In this document: positions 45,108 through 57,900 of the stretch, in pieces
How positions within the stretch are numbered: the stretch's first letter is position 1
Layout: every line of letters starts with the position of its first letter
Assembly: GCA_040437565.1 (NCBI GenBank)
Contig: JBDOQK010000003.1
Span: forward strand, 930,001-994,000
DNA from: Albugo candida
Lineage: Eukaryota
Direction of reading: 5' to 3'
DNA: 64,000 bases
The notes under the pieces: generated by a model
What the model saw: only the letters and a program-made list of their open reading frames with translations
Told to the model about the DNA's origin: nothing
Database searches by the model: none
Made by a program: the position numbers and the translations under genes

Positions 45108-48100
45108 CGCCCTCCTCCAAAGATAGTCCATCACTTTGGAAAAGTGTAGTTTGATCAGACCGATCATTGAGCTCAATCTTTCGAGTCTTTCACTGGCAAG
45201 AGGCTTTGTCATGATGTCTGATGGTTTTAACTCAGTCTTGACTTTCCATAACTCCACATTTCCTTTTTCCACTTGATCTAGGACGTAATGCCAGCACAGT
45301 TCGATGTGTCTTGTTCTACGGTTGTATGTATTATTCGTTGGCATAACATAGACCCCCTGAATGTCAATCCCCATACGGAAAATAGGCTTGACGTTTGAGA
45401 AAACTTGTGGTAAAACGTTCCGGAGCCCTTGTACTTCCAACAAGCTTCGCATGCTGCTACATATTATGCCTCTGCAGTTGACTGGGCCACGATGCTTCGG
45501 CGTCTGGAAGGCCATGATATTGCACCTTCAGCAAGGCAGTGCACGAAAACGGTAACGCTTTTTCGCGTGTCGGGGTCATTTCCCCAGTTAGAGTCACAGT
45601 AGCCATCGACAGTCAAAATTGATTGCTGAACTTCTGTCATATTTCGAGTATACAATTCCTTTTGTCGTCGTGCCAATCAGGTACCTAAGGACTCTTTTTG
45701 CGGCTCCGATGTGCTGCTGCGTAGGATTCTGCACGTAGCGGCTTAATTGTCCAACGGGACATGGGAGTTCAGGCCTGGTACAAGTCGCGAGGTACATCAA
45801 GACCCGAAGAGCTCTTGGTATGGAAAAGTCTTTCCATTTGCGGATATTTGTTTCCTTTATTTCATATCTGTGTCCACCACAGTCAAACGTGTGTTACACT
45901 TCATCGGAATTCTACTTGAGTGAGCATTACTGAAATTGAAGCGCTCCATAATTTCTTGGCAATACTTTGTCTGGTGGATCTTTGTGGAATGTTCGCTCTG
46001 TTCCACCTGCATACCCAGTACGTGTTGAACATACCTTGGTCTTTCAACCCATAACACTTGTCCAGAAACTCAAACATTTTGATCTTGAAGTCTAGAATTT
46101 TCGGTTGCACATAAGATGTCATCCACGTAGAGAAGTAGAATCGTGAATTCGCCGTCATGATCGTAGAAGTAGAGGTATGGTTCTTTCGCAGATTGCATAA
46201 ATCATAATCAGCAAACCAGCGATTCACTTCGCTGTTCCGTTTTCTTCCAGATCGACGTAATCCATAGAGTGCTTTGTCAATGACCATCCCTTTGTTTTTG
46301 CAAGGATAGCGTTCGACTTCCTCCAGAAATTGCTTGATGCTCAGGGCGGCATTGATGTCACCCTGATAGATTGTAATACCTTGTAAGATGCCCACCGCAA
46401 CAAACATCCTGAATGTGGCCATGCGTGCCACAGGGGAGAAGTTATCCTTGAAATCGATGCCAGGCCTCTGCTTGTCACCCCTCGCCATAACTCGTGCCTT
46501 GAACCTCACCACGTAGCCTAACTGATCTGTCTTGAGAACGAAGACCCACATCGTTCTGATAGTTTGTTGTCCACTTGGGATATCCGAACGCGAAATTTAC
46601 CTTAAAACTTCTTCGTCTTCTAAAGAGGCCATTTCAGTATCCATTGCATTGCGCCACAATTCTGCGTCTTTTGATCGCATGGCTTGGTGATAATTCTTAC
46701 GGATTTTGATGTCCTTTTCGTGTAATCCACGCTGGTCACGACAATCCATGTTTGATGTCTTGTATGTTGAATACACTTTTTAAAGCTCTAATCCCACAAG
46801 TCCATTTTCTGCTCCATTCTTAGACAGCAGTGAATGTTTTAATCTAGCAGCTTTCAGTAGCTTTGCATTTTTTAAATTTATCTTGGTGCGTTTCCTTTCG
46901 CGCATCCGTCGAATTTGGACTCCCCTCGGACGTCGATGTCCAATTGATTGATTGTAGCGGATTGCTAGTTGTTGCTTGGTAATGTGATACGTTTCAAGTT
47001 CACGTTCTTTCTCTGGTTCAAAGTTGTGTTTTTGCTCATCGTCTTGCGAGCTGTCTAAGATTCCTTTCACTGTAGCCAGATATGTGACGTGACCGGCTGA
47101 CTCGGCATCCCAATTTCGAGATCTCTATCATTTCCACTGCTAGCAATATTATTGCCAAAAACTTCGCTGCCCTAATGCTTCCCAACCTGAGCTTGTGTCC
47201 GCTTGAGTATTTCTGTTCAGCCTGCAGACTTACCGTAAATTCGCGAGCAAACTCATGGGTTTCGCTTTCCAGCGTTTCGTTGAGATCACAGGTTACAGGA
47301 ACGTCACTGTTGCTCAGTATGTCTTCCCACACGAGTTTCTCTTCACTATCAAGATCACCCGGTGGTGTCTCCACCTCTTGATCTTCGCCTAATATCGTCC
47401 CCTTGCAAGTTTTTGTTGATTCCATGTCGACATCGTCGCAATTTTCTGCTGATTCCATATCAACATTGCTGCACACATACTGCTTATCGGGCGGTGTCGC
47501 AGTCGGCTAGTTGGTGGAATACGTCTTGGTTTTACTCAGTAAGATTTTCCAGTTCCCCTCTTTGATGAAGTCATCAAATGCCTGTAACCATCTCCTGACT
47601 TCATTTGAGTATGTGGATCATGACGGTTCTTGTACTTGATTGATTCATTAATTTTCACATCTGAAACGAATCCCTTCTTGTGTTCGGTGAGGAAGTACAC
47701 GTTACAACCCACAACATCTTCGCAGTAGCCTAACAAGAGTCCAATTCTGCAGTTCATATATTTTCTTTCTTTTTGAGACGGGAACATGGCAGTAAGTCAA
47801 GGAATCAAATGCTCGCAGGTGATGGATGTCCAGATTAGAGCCAAACAGGGTCTCGTATGGTGTACATGCTGCTCCTTTGCAGTACACACGATTCTTGATG
47901 TAAATTGAATTTTCTAATGCATGCACCTAGAACAACTTCGGAAATCCAGATTGATGCATCATTGCCTTGATCATTCTGATCAATGTCTGGTGTGTTCGTT
48001 CTACCAGGTTAAGCTGAGAAGCGTTTAGTACAACCTTGGTGTGCACTATGCCATTTTTGGTATACCAGTCCTCCTTTGTTCTATTTCAGAACTCTTGTCC

Positions 48101-50029
48101 TTTCCGGACTTGTCGCACCAAATTCTCCTGTTGCACGTTTTTGTCGAGTTCATGGGCATGGTGTCGCTCTGCCCATTTGATATAGTTTTTAAGCGCACAT
48201 TTACTTCGCCTTCGGTCTTAGAATTTAATGTGAAAGCCTTCATGTAGCGTGAATATCCGTCCATGACCACGAGAACAGCAGAATTTGGCGAGCCATTGTT
48301 TACCCCGGGAATAATTAGGTATGCGAAGATAATGTCATTTACTCTCGCCATTTTCCTGTCGATAGCTTTTCGAAATCCTTTTCTTCGCTGCTTGCCAAAG
48401 TGACAATCCGCACAATCTAGTTTTCCCCGGAGCTTGAGCATGATGCTCTTGTCCATCCCCCGATCAACCATTTGCCAAATATATTCAGGGCAGATATGTC
48501 CAAGTCTCTCGTGCCAGACGTCACTGTCTGCGACGCCATCTGTATTAGCAAAGTTTGTAGAAACTTGCTTCTTGCCTCTCGGTTGATCTTTCTTGTTTGC
48601 GTCATTGCCAGTATTATGAGCAGTGAACGTCCATAGATTATTGTTGTATTGTGTTCGGATTACACTTGCCCCATCCTTTATCATTCCAAATGATTAGTTT
48701 TCATTATTCCATGTCATTTCGAAACCTTGATCCATTGCTAGGCCAGGTGAAAATAAATTTCAGCCAGCTGTTGGGACGTATAATACGTCTTCCACAAGTA
48801 AGAACACCATTTGTTCGTCAATCATCACTGAAAGAAGGATAGTTCCAAATCCTTTTGCTTTAGCGTCAACACCATCAGCAAAGCCTGAAATATTTGGATT
48901 CCACTCGCTATCATCCATATTTTGTAGTGTCGTAAAATATTCTTTGCACGCTGTGATATGTATATTCGATCCCGAGTCAAAGTACCATTGACAAGGTTCA
49001 TATCCTTTACTGATGAGCTTTGTAACTTCTCCCATCACAACTTCGCGCTTCTATGAATTTCTACGATCATCATCTGGATTTCCTTCAACTTCTTGTGTCG
49101 CTACCTTTTGTTCTCCCGAACGAGCATGATTTGATTTTCCGTTTTTTATTCCTTCCAAATTTGGACTATCACGTTTGAAATGATCTCCACCGCAATATAA
49201 GCAACCACCAGTTCCAATTCTTGCTCTTGGTTTTCTATCAGTATGGTTATATGTATTTTTGCCGTGCTGAGTTTCGCCTTGCGTATACTGGTCTTTTTGT
49301 TGTTGCTTGTTTCCAAAAGCATGGTTTCGCAGTCTTCGTTTCTTTATTCTGCGGTAATTATCATCTCTCGAAGCAGTTCCGGTGTGTATTTTGCCACGTT
49401 CGTGCTGAATAACACTTTACGCCTTAATTCATCATAGCACACCTGTGACGGAAGACTTCTTAACATGCGATCCACCATCTGCAAGTCATTTACGTGTGAT
49501 CCTGAATCTACCAGTTGATTCTTGATATCGAGAAGTTTGTAGAGATGGCTCCATACGTTTCCTTTTCCACGCAGATGAGTCCTGTGTAGCTAACCCTGCA
49601 AGCGATACACCTTCTGCGCAATCATAGCAGGATTTGTCTTGCCCTCGTGGATCGATACGAGCTCAGCCCACATCTCCGTGCCTGTACTCTTCCTCATCAC
49701 TTGTTTTGCAAGTTTCATTGACAGTGATCCTTGGATAAGAAATTTGATTTTGGCTTGCTTTTTCTTAAATTCGCCCTTCTCTTCGTCGTTCCAGCTTACG
49801 TCTTGGCACTCTTCAACAATAGCGATCTGGTCTAATAAGGTTTCCTCGTACGCATTCATCATGGCATGTTTGTAGAATTTCTAGTCGTCTCCATTCCAGT
49901 GTATGGGAGTCCCTGCATGCCCAATCGTGAATTCGTTGCGTTCTTCTCCGTCGCTGTCGAAGTCTGACAATGAAGATACGTTCTGTCTTTTGTGTCGCGT
50001 CGGTCGCGTAGCACCGCGTAGTCTCTGGG

Positions 50030-50147
50030 TGCTTGGGCTCATAACCGTATTAGAAACCGTACAAAAGATACCACACAAAGACTTGCTGTTTAAAAAGTAT
50101 ATTGGGAACTCCCTAAGCAACTAGCTCATTTCTCTCTGTGACCTTTT
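50030..50147 (-). repeat. Truncated 5' LTR (50048-~50147) and primer-binding site
   Basis: Homologous to 44915-45010. The minus-strand PBS GGTTATGAGCCCA resembles the GGTTATGGGCCCA half-tRNA-iMet PBS of copia-type elements. Confidence 0.85.
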
Positions 50148-50789
50148 CCCGAAGCAAATATTTACATTTGGGCCAATCGGTTCGTTGATTTCATAGTCGT
50201 AATGGATCGTGATTGTATGACATCGCATATGACTTTTAGTATATGTGACGAAAAGAAACTATAGCTTTCAATTTTTTTGCTACTTTCACGTACAAAAATG
50301 GGTCCAGCGATCAATTTTGCATGCGGAAAGTTTCATTCAAGTCATTGTAATGGCTCTTGAAAGTGCTATGGTACGCATAATCCTCAGTCCCCATCCATGG
50401 ACCTATTCTGGCTACTGCATTGTCTGTGTGATCAGTTTCAACCACGAATTCGGGGATAGCTCACTGGGTGCATTATCTATACGACTGAATGATATTTGCC
50501 ATCAACCATAGTACAATTAATCGCTATGTTCCTGGTAAAATTCAGGTGATGCAGATACTCGACTAGATGACTTCGACTTGGCCGTTCGGCAATGGAATAA
50601 TGACAAGTGCCATTCTTTATACCATGAGAGCTCTTTTAACTTTCGCCGTAACCTTGGCGATGGCCTTAATTAACAAGGTAACAATAAAAAGCGAAATCGG
50701 ATCCTAAACAGAAAATCTTCACGTGCTATCGTCCAGTTGCGATGGCAGCGCAATAATTTCCCGTTGCAGCGATACTGAAGGCCAAGCTA

Positions 50790-51661
50790 TGGTTTAGTGT
50801 CCGTCTTCCTATCTGTAGACACTTTTCTGCATTTTGTAAGCCTCATGACTTCTCCTTGTGTATATACACGAGCCGGGCAACAGCTCAAGATACAGTGAAC
50901 ATCAAGCGAGATATTATGATACATTATTGGGTAGAGAGCTGAATGTGATATACTGCTGGTTGCACGGAGCACACCACTTGAAGTGGCATCAACTCAATTA
51001 TTCGAAGTGACGTTGACTTTGCACAGCTCTTCCATCATTAAGGTTCAGAAACTTTTATAACTTGTGTCATCGTATATGGTAAAATTATATCGAGTATCTG
51101 GCACTTCTGCTCGTTGATAAGCATTAGGTGACTCTCTTCGATCCTTCATTTACAAAATATGGATGTACGAAGTTCACAATGAGATCGAGAAATGGAGAAG
51201 CAAGGTAAGCAATTTGTTTTCTCAAGTACACATCCCTATCATAGTCGCTTACAGGGAGCTCTTGACGGCACAAAAAATGCTTTGTCTACTTTTAGCTCAA
51301 AACATATGGTTGGAGCATCAGTACCGTGTCGCTATGAGCCTGAGTTTATCCCCCAATTCGACTATTATGCTCTACAGGAATATTTAGCGACAACGTTCAC
51401 GAAAAGCACTACCCTTTTCGAGGAAAGAGCAATAGGCATCACTATTACGTGTTAGACCATGCACCTTCAGATGGCCCATTCAAGTTCTTGGAGACTGAGA
51501 TTAATCCCAAAACTTGCAAGTGATCCCGAGAAGAGAAGGATATGGGAAACCACAATGTGTCCAGGTTCATAGAAAGCTATATATGGGAAACAAGGGCGAG
51601 CCCCACACAAAAGGATCGAAATTCCCATGATGATAAGACCGACGTTATAAAATGCGCGCAA
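50790..51661 (-). pseudogene. Decayed secreted-protein gene
   Basis: Signal-like RAFYNVGLIIMGISILLCGA followed by coding-like sequence with many stops. The ORF-track start at 51661 is TTG, not ATG. Confidence 0.3.
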
Positions 51662-54600
51662 CTTCCTTAAACTATAGATTGGAGGAATGAGGTTCCATAC
51701 ATCTCCTTGATTTCTTTGGTGGCTTTGACTTACGGTATGGAACTATTTTAGAGTTTTAGTCCCATACCGAATGTCCAAAAATGTCGGCAGGGCCATGCTC
51801 TACCTACAAGTGATTTTCATTTATTCTCATTAATAAATCATTCTCTTGAGCCATACAGCAGGTCCTATTGGGCTTCCTGGAAGCAATCATGTTCCACGTT
51901 TTGCGAAGGAGTTCACCGATTTAAGTACGTTTTTTAAGAGGGACACTTTTTTTAGGTGAGATGCGAAAAATAGAAGCAAATGGACCAATGTTGCGCAGAC
52001 ATGAAACGGATTTTTGTCTTCATTGGATGCTTAAGTCAGGCGCATCTCCTGCCGATTTTTGCGTTTCTGCACAATTGATCGAACTTTTCGTGCACACCAG
52101 TCAGCTGTTCACAATCGAGACCGCGGCAGTGATTGCAAAACTCAGTGTACTTAGTAAGAGATCTTTATCGATTTTCATTTAGGAATCAACAAGACTGTTT
52201 ACCAACCCGCATAGCAGTGAGCCGATAGATTTTGAACAATCTGGTAATAACTCGAATAGAAAGAAAATCATATCGCATCCTCTGTCGCATGAATAGACAG
52301 GGCAGCACCTTTGCGCGTTGACAAGCATCACTTTGTGGCCGCTATCTGCTAAAAGAAAAAAAACCAACCGTCTTCCTCATAGACTTAGCGTACGACCTCT
52401 TGAGTCGAACTGGCTTTGATCATCTATGCGATGATCGTGAGCACAAAGGAAACTAAGAACTAGTTTATATGATTTATCGAACAGTGAGGTATTCCCACTA
52501 TGAAACGAACGACAGTTCAAACTGCTTGTCTTCGGGTGGATACGAGTATCAGCATGATTTCATCGTTCATGAGGCCGCAAACGTTGTGAACCAACGAGCG
52601 CGTCTAAGAGTTGCTGGTGAAGGTCTGCCTTGAGTACTTGTGGATTTTGTCAATTCTCGGTGCCCGAGTGAACCTGTGTGATTGTGGATATAGCCTAAGT
52701 GCGCTCAAGCGCTCCCGCATCGTGATATACTTAGGTACGCTTCTCTGTCACGAATGAGACTTTTGCGCGCTTTGGTGCTTTTATTAGCATGGCGCTCGTC
52801 AAGGAAAGCGGACATTCTGCAATGCTAAGATTCGACCACTTTTGAATTCTCAGGTGTTGCAGACCTTGATTATCTGTGTTCAGTCTTTTTGTTCAAAGTC
52901 GCGTGGAGTAGCGAAGCGGAGCATTATGTAAGAATACATACTGCAGAATGCTTCTTTCGCCAATACTACATGACTACAAATTGGGTTGGGCCGCTATGTA
53001 GCCGATATAGGGGTATGACACGATGCTCTTGGGAATTTTAATTCAGCATAGTTGCCGAAAAGATTTCCTTCTACAGGATCTTCTCTGGTAGCAGAATCAA
53101 AATTAATAATTCCTGTTCAAGATGTGAACATACTCGTAAAACTTCACGCTCAGATATCTTAGCCTGTCCAATACCTTACCTGCTGGATAGGCTTGTGAAT
53201 TTCTATCTTTATATAATGCATGCGCTTGTAATGAAACCACGATCAACAACTTGTGCTGAGTAGTCAATAAAAAAGGAAGCTGAAGGTGTTCCAATATGCG
53301 CAAAGGTGTACCAGCACATTAATTGAAGCAGAGAAGTCTTTATATCGCAAGAGCATGCAATGATAAACTCGAGACCCTTTGATAGCTACATGCACTAAGA
53401 TATTCCTCTGATGCTGCTCGACTACATTGTGTACGTTTTCAGCTAGAATCCTCATTCATGTGTTCCAAGACAGGGCACGTGCAACACACCAGGGGTCACA
53501 CATATTACTTGCTGTTGCGAAGTCGCGACACATCAAATCATACTGTTAAGCAGACAAATAACTAATCATTCAAAGAACAATTCGATTGTAAAAGAAGAAA
53601 ATGATCAGCACTAAGTCTTGGCTTACCGATCAAAGATGGGAAGTGTCAATTTTTTCTCCAGGATGATCGAGCTCACTCGATATCAAGAAAGCTATCTTGC
53701 AAAACGTTGGCTTCTACAGCCGACGTGTAACCTTTCCAATAGCACATATGACATTTTCTGACCTTTCATGCAAGGTATAGTTGAGACTACCTTTTCTCTT
53801 CGCACGACATACAGGCTTCTTACCAATTATTGACGATCTCGTCTGCCTTCAGATGATTTATACGTTTTCATGATAACCGCTCATATGAGATCGTGAAAAA
53901 ATCGAGATATCGGGTATATCTGAATAAATCTCACTGCCTTTTGGTGTAGTGTTTGCTTCGGCTGTAAATGAGGTGAACATAAAAAGGGATATCCTCGCTA
54001 TCTGGGCTCCACAATCTTTCAGACAAGAAAAAGATGCAGATCCGACGATTACGACGGGATGCAACACTACTTGCTGTCCCTATGATACATCGATTATCGA
54101 ACAAGAGAAAGCAGCTGGGGTATGGATCAATCATGGTCTGGTCCTCATGTAATGTTTTTGACAAGGTGCTAACTGTTGATCTGACAGGGTAAGGTATTCT
54201 GACATTTTTTCGGAATAGCTTGTCTTGTCTACGAGTTAACCGGGAAGAAAAATTTGTCGACAGGCAGTGTACTTGAGAAGCTATCGTTTTATCGTGGCCA
54301 ACTTCGTCGATGAGGAGGGGTTGGGATCTTTTGCTGGTTTTCAATGCTAGATGACGAGTAGGTAAGGACGCTCAAGTAAAGCAAAAAAGATAGTTAAAGA
54401 GATTACCGATATGAAGGCAGCCTTCATTTTGAACCTTGTAACGCAATATCTCATGCCGCATTACTGTCTGTTGTTAGCCCAATTGTGCAAGAGCAGCCAG
54501 TCTCCTCTCATTTTGATGCTTAACATATCACACTCTCTGTACGCTGCGAGCAGACGACTTGCATCAGAAAACGATGTTTTGTCACTCTACGACACCTCGT

Positions 54601-54914
54601 ATCCGAGCGACACCTAGAAACACTTGAGTATTCAATGATCTGTAACTACGTTGTTCATCTGATCACGATATGACACAGGAGGCACATGTATATCAGATTG
54701 AGCCTTATCATACCAGGTGTAACCTCAGTTGAAGGTGTTTATATTACTTGAATTAGACTGACTGACTTCTCTAGTTGCCTAGGCTATCTTGAATAACATA
54801 CACACATATATAATGTTTCGTGAAATACCTGTGAGAGATGATTATATTTCTTCTCGTTGATAATGCCGTATCGCAGTAGCCTCAGCCACCTTGATACGAG
54901 ACTGTGTCCAGCTT

Positions 54915-57900
54915 GTAAAAATGCTGTAAATACTGTAAATGCTGTAAATGCTGTAAAGTTGTACAATTGTAAAAACGGTCCCAGAGTACCGTGGTTTGCA
55001 AATTGGTGTGCGCCACACTACGGTGAGCATAACCAGCCAACTAGGACGAGGATCCGAGTTGCACTTGCATTTGTACTTGTCTGTGTCGTACCCGCAGCAA
55101 TGATCGTCGGCTTCTGAAAAATCCACCGAATGCTCCTTGCGTTGCGAGCTGATCAAGCACCTTTTCGAGTCGAATGCGTTCATCTTGGTCGTAACACTGT
55201 CTTCGATAGTACCGAACATGCGCACTAAACGTGGTGTAGATCACGGAAAGAGCTGGAATTGTCGGAGTTGCTGATGGCTGATCAAAACGACGACGATTCC
55301 GATCGGTCCAGACGAAGTGCAGCGTCACCGCTTGCAATGCAAGCCATAAATCCGATATACTTTGTTGATATTCTTTCCAATCCGACCGTAGTGCTGGTAC
55401 GATTGCACATGCAATATGCGTCCAACGTGGTCGAGAGGAGAAAAACTGATCCCAACTAGAGAGTAACTACCTCCATAACTGCGCCGTGTGATCGCACTCT
55501 AGAAAGAGTTGCTGATCGGATTCCACTGCTCCATATGAAGGCTGCGTGCACAATATAAGGTCGGGCTAAATATCCTTTAAGATCCAGAAACAAGATGCAA
55601 ACTGGCAACATCCGAAAGGCTAGACGAAACTGTAAATCGTCATGAATTGTTAATACACGTCTCCGAAGCTGCCGTGATGTAGCCATAAAAGTTCGAGCTC
55701 GTTCTGAATCCAGTGCGTCCGATCTCTCCCGTGATGACCAATGTGTTGACATCGGATGACTCTTGGTTGGTTCGGGAGGTTTCCAGACGAACCGTCAGAG
55801 TTGTGAGCATGGAATAGATGAGAAATAATATTTCCTTTCCGTGCTTTTTTATCCCACATAAATGATCTGCCACTTGTGGTTGGTGTAATCCAAGTGATGA
55901 GACCAATCGTCGAGTGTGTACGCTGGAGAATCTGAGTGGCTTCATTGTAAAGTCGACTCAGCAACTTTTTTTCTGCCATATCCGATGTGTTCAGCTCTTC
56001 GTCGTTGTCAATAGTTGGCGACGAAATCTTCCTTCGTTGGCCATGTGTCGCCTTCCCGGAAAAAGTCTTGCAGACTTCGAACGTCGAAAAACATAGCAAA
56101 CGTTTTTCGAAATGTGCGATGTGGTTCGTCCTCCATACCAAGATTGCACCAAATGTTTTGCGTACTCGGATTACGAGTAGCAGCTTCGTAATGTAACTTT
56201 TGGTCGCAGTGAAACCACATCGGTTGTTCCATGAAGTACTGACGGCATTGTAAAACATTCAAATCTTATAGTGAAATGCTCCAATCCATCTGATGCCACG
56301 TTTTAAATGCGTATTTACACCATGACGATGTCCTCTCCCATTGAAACCTTTTGCCATGTCGATGTGGTGCGATAGTGAATACATCCATCGGCTCATGTGG
56401 TCCAAAGGGAGTTGAATAAGTTGTAATAATTCCGTCGAAGCAGTTGTCCAATTCGCAGGAATACTTGTTGACGCATCGGATGCGAACTGCTGAAGGAATT
56501 GAATACGCTGTAGCTTTAGTCGTCCCACCAAAAAAGGAACTTGTAGTCCACCATCTTGTCTGCGAAGATATAAAAAATCTTTGCTGAGTAGGTGAACTTG
56601 TTTTGAATCTGTGATAAAATCATCGTCTGCGCAACCAGTAGTCGACCACGAACAGTTCTTACTCGTCGAAACCATACACCAAACCCATCGTAAAAACGCT
56701 TGGCGAGAGTTGAAATAACCATCGAGTGAGTTGGTTTCTGGCCGAACGGAATACCCAAATACTTGACCGAATCNNNNNNNNNNNNNNNNNNNNNNNNNNN
56801 NNNNNNNNNNNNNNNNNNNNNNNNNNNNNNNNNNNNNNNNNNNNNNNNNNNNNNNNNNNNNNNNNNNNNNNNNTTTTCCAAACTTCATGCTACGATGTAG
56901 TTGAAGGTGAATATATTCAACTATCTGGCTTCGCTACATGCCCAGGCTATCTTAATTAATCTATATACATGCAATGGAGTTTCACGGGAGTACCTGTGAT
57001 ACAGTAGCCCATAATTTGCGTTGCTGTTGACGGTCTTGTAAATCACGCTTGCCTCGAATCACCGTAATACGAAACCGTGTCCCCAAAATCGATATATGTC
57101 CGCAACACTAGGCTAAACCAGATATATAAAAAAATTGTGCTGATTCACCCCTCAAGCAAGCACTAGCATCGTAGTCTTCTANNNNNNNNNNNNNNNNNNN
57201 NNNNNNNNNNNNNNNNNNNNNNNNNNNNNNNNNNNNNNNNNNNNNNNNNNNNNNNNNNNNNNNNNNNNNNNNNNNNNNNNNCGAAGTAAATTTCGTTGAA
57301 TGTATTCAAAATGCACTCGTTGCAATAGAGGTAGAAGTAAAAGTTAAATAATCTCGCATGGACCTTTTTTGTCAGCCCTACAGCATGCATGTGCAACGAC
57401 ATTACAAACTTGACTATGTCACGTCTCACATGACGTCCGTCTGGTCCCACTTGGTGGCCGTCTCTCCTCACCCAATCTGTCACGTTGTCACCAAGCAGCC
57501 GTTGAGTTGAGGTCGGAGTTTATCTTTAATGGGTCTTGCAGTTGAAATTCAAGCCCTTGACGACCTGTCAGAAAACGGTACCGTCTAACAAATTTTGCAC
57601 AGTTTCCTTTGTTCTTGGAAAACGTACTGCTTGTAGAGTATCGACTTGTTAATTTCCCGTTGTGGCGTAATAGACGGGTGAAATTGTCATCAATCATCAA
57701 CTGAGCCTTCGTGTATGAGTACATAAGACGAACCCAGTCGCTAAAAGTTTTCCTAAAGCCCTTTTTTCGCTAAAGAATTTACGTCCAATTGATTCGGTCA
57801 TAAGCTTTCTCATAGTAGAGAAAGTCGCATAAGCTTCTTCCCCACGATGAATGACTAAGTCTTGTATGTCGGCGAGACGTCGAATGTGGGGATTCTTCGG

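Larger units (their letters stand above)
44915..50147 (-). mobile_element. Degenerate Ty1/Copia LTR retrotransposon (gag-PR-IN-RT-RH)
   Basis: Protease WYFDSGSN, WHERLGH, integrase VVMDGYSRY, RT WVF..K..RFKAR..ARG..QRPGIDF, KALYGL, RNase H YCDSNW and RTRHIEL..H. Many frameshifts. Confidence 0.95.

Noticed and set aside
51800..54700. Short ORFs between the Copia element and the LINE
   Set aside because: Possibly decayed genes, but no motif or reconstructable frame could be supported.
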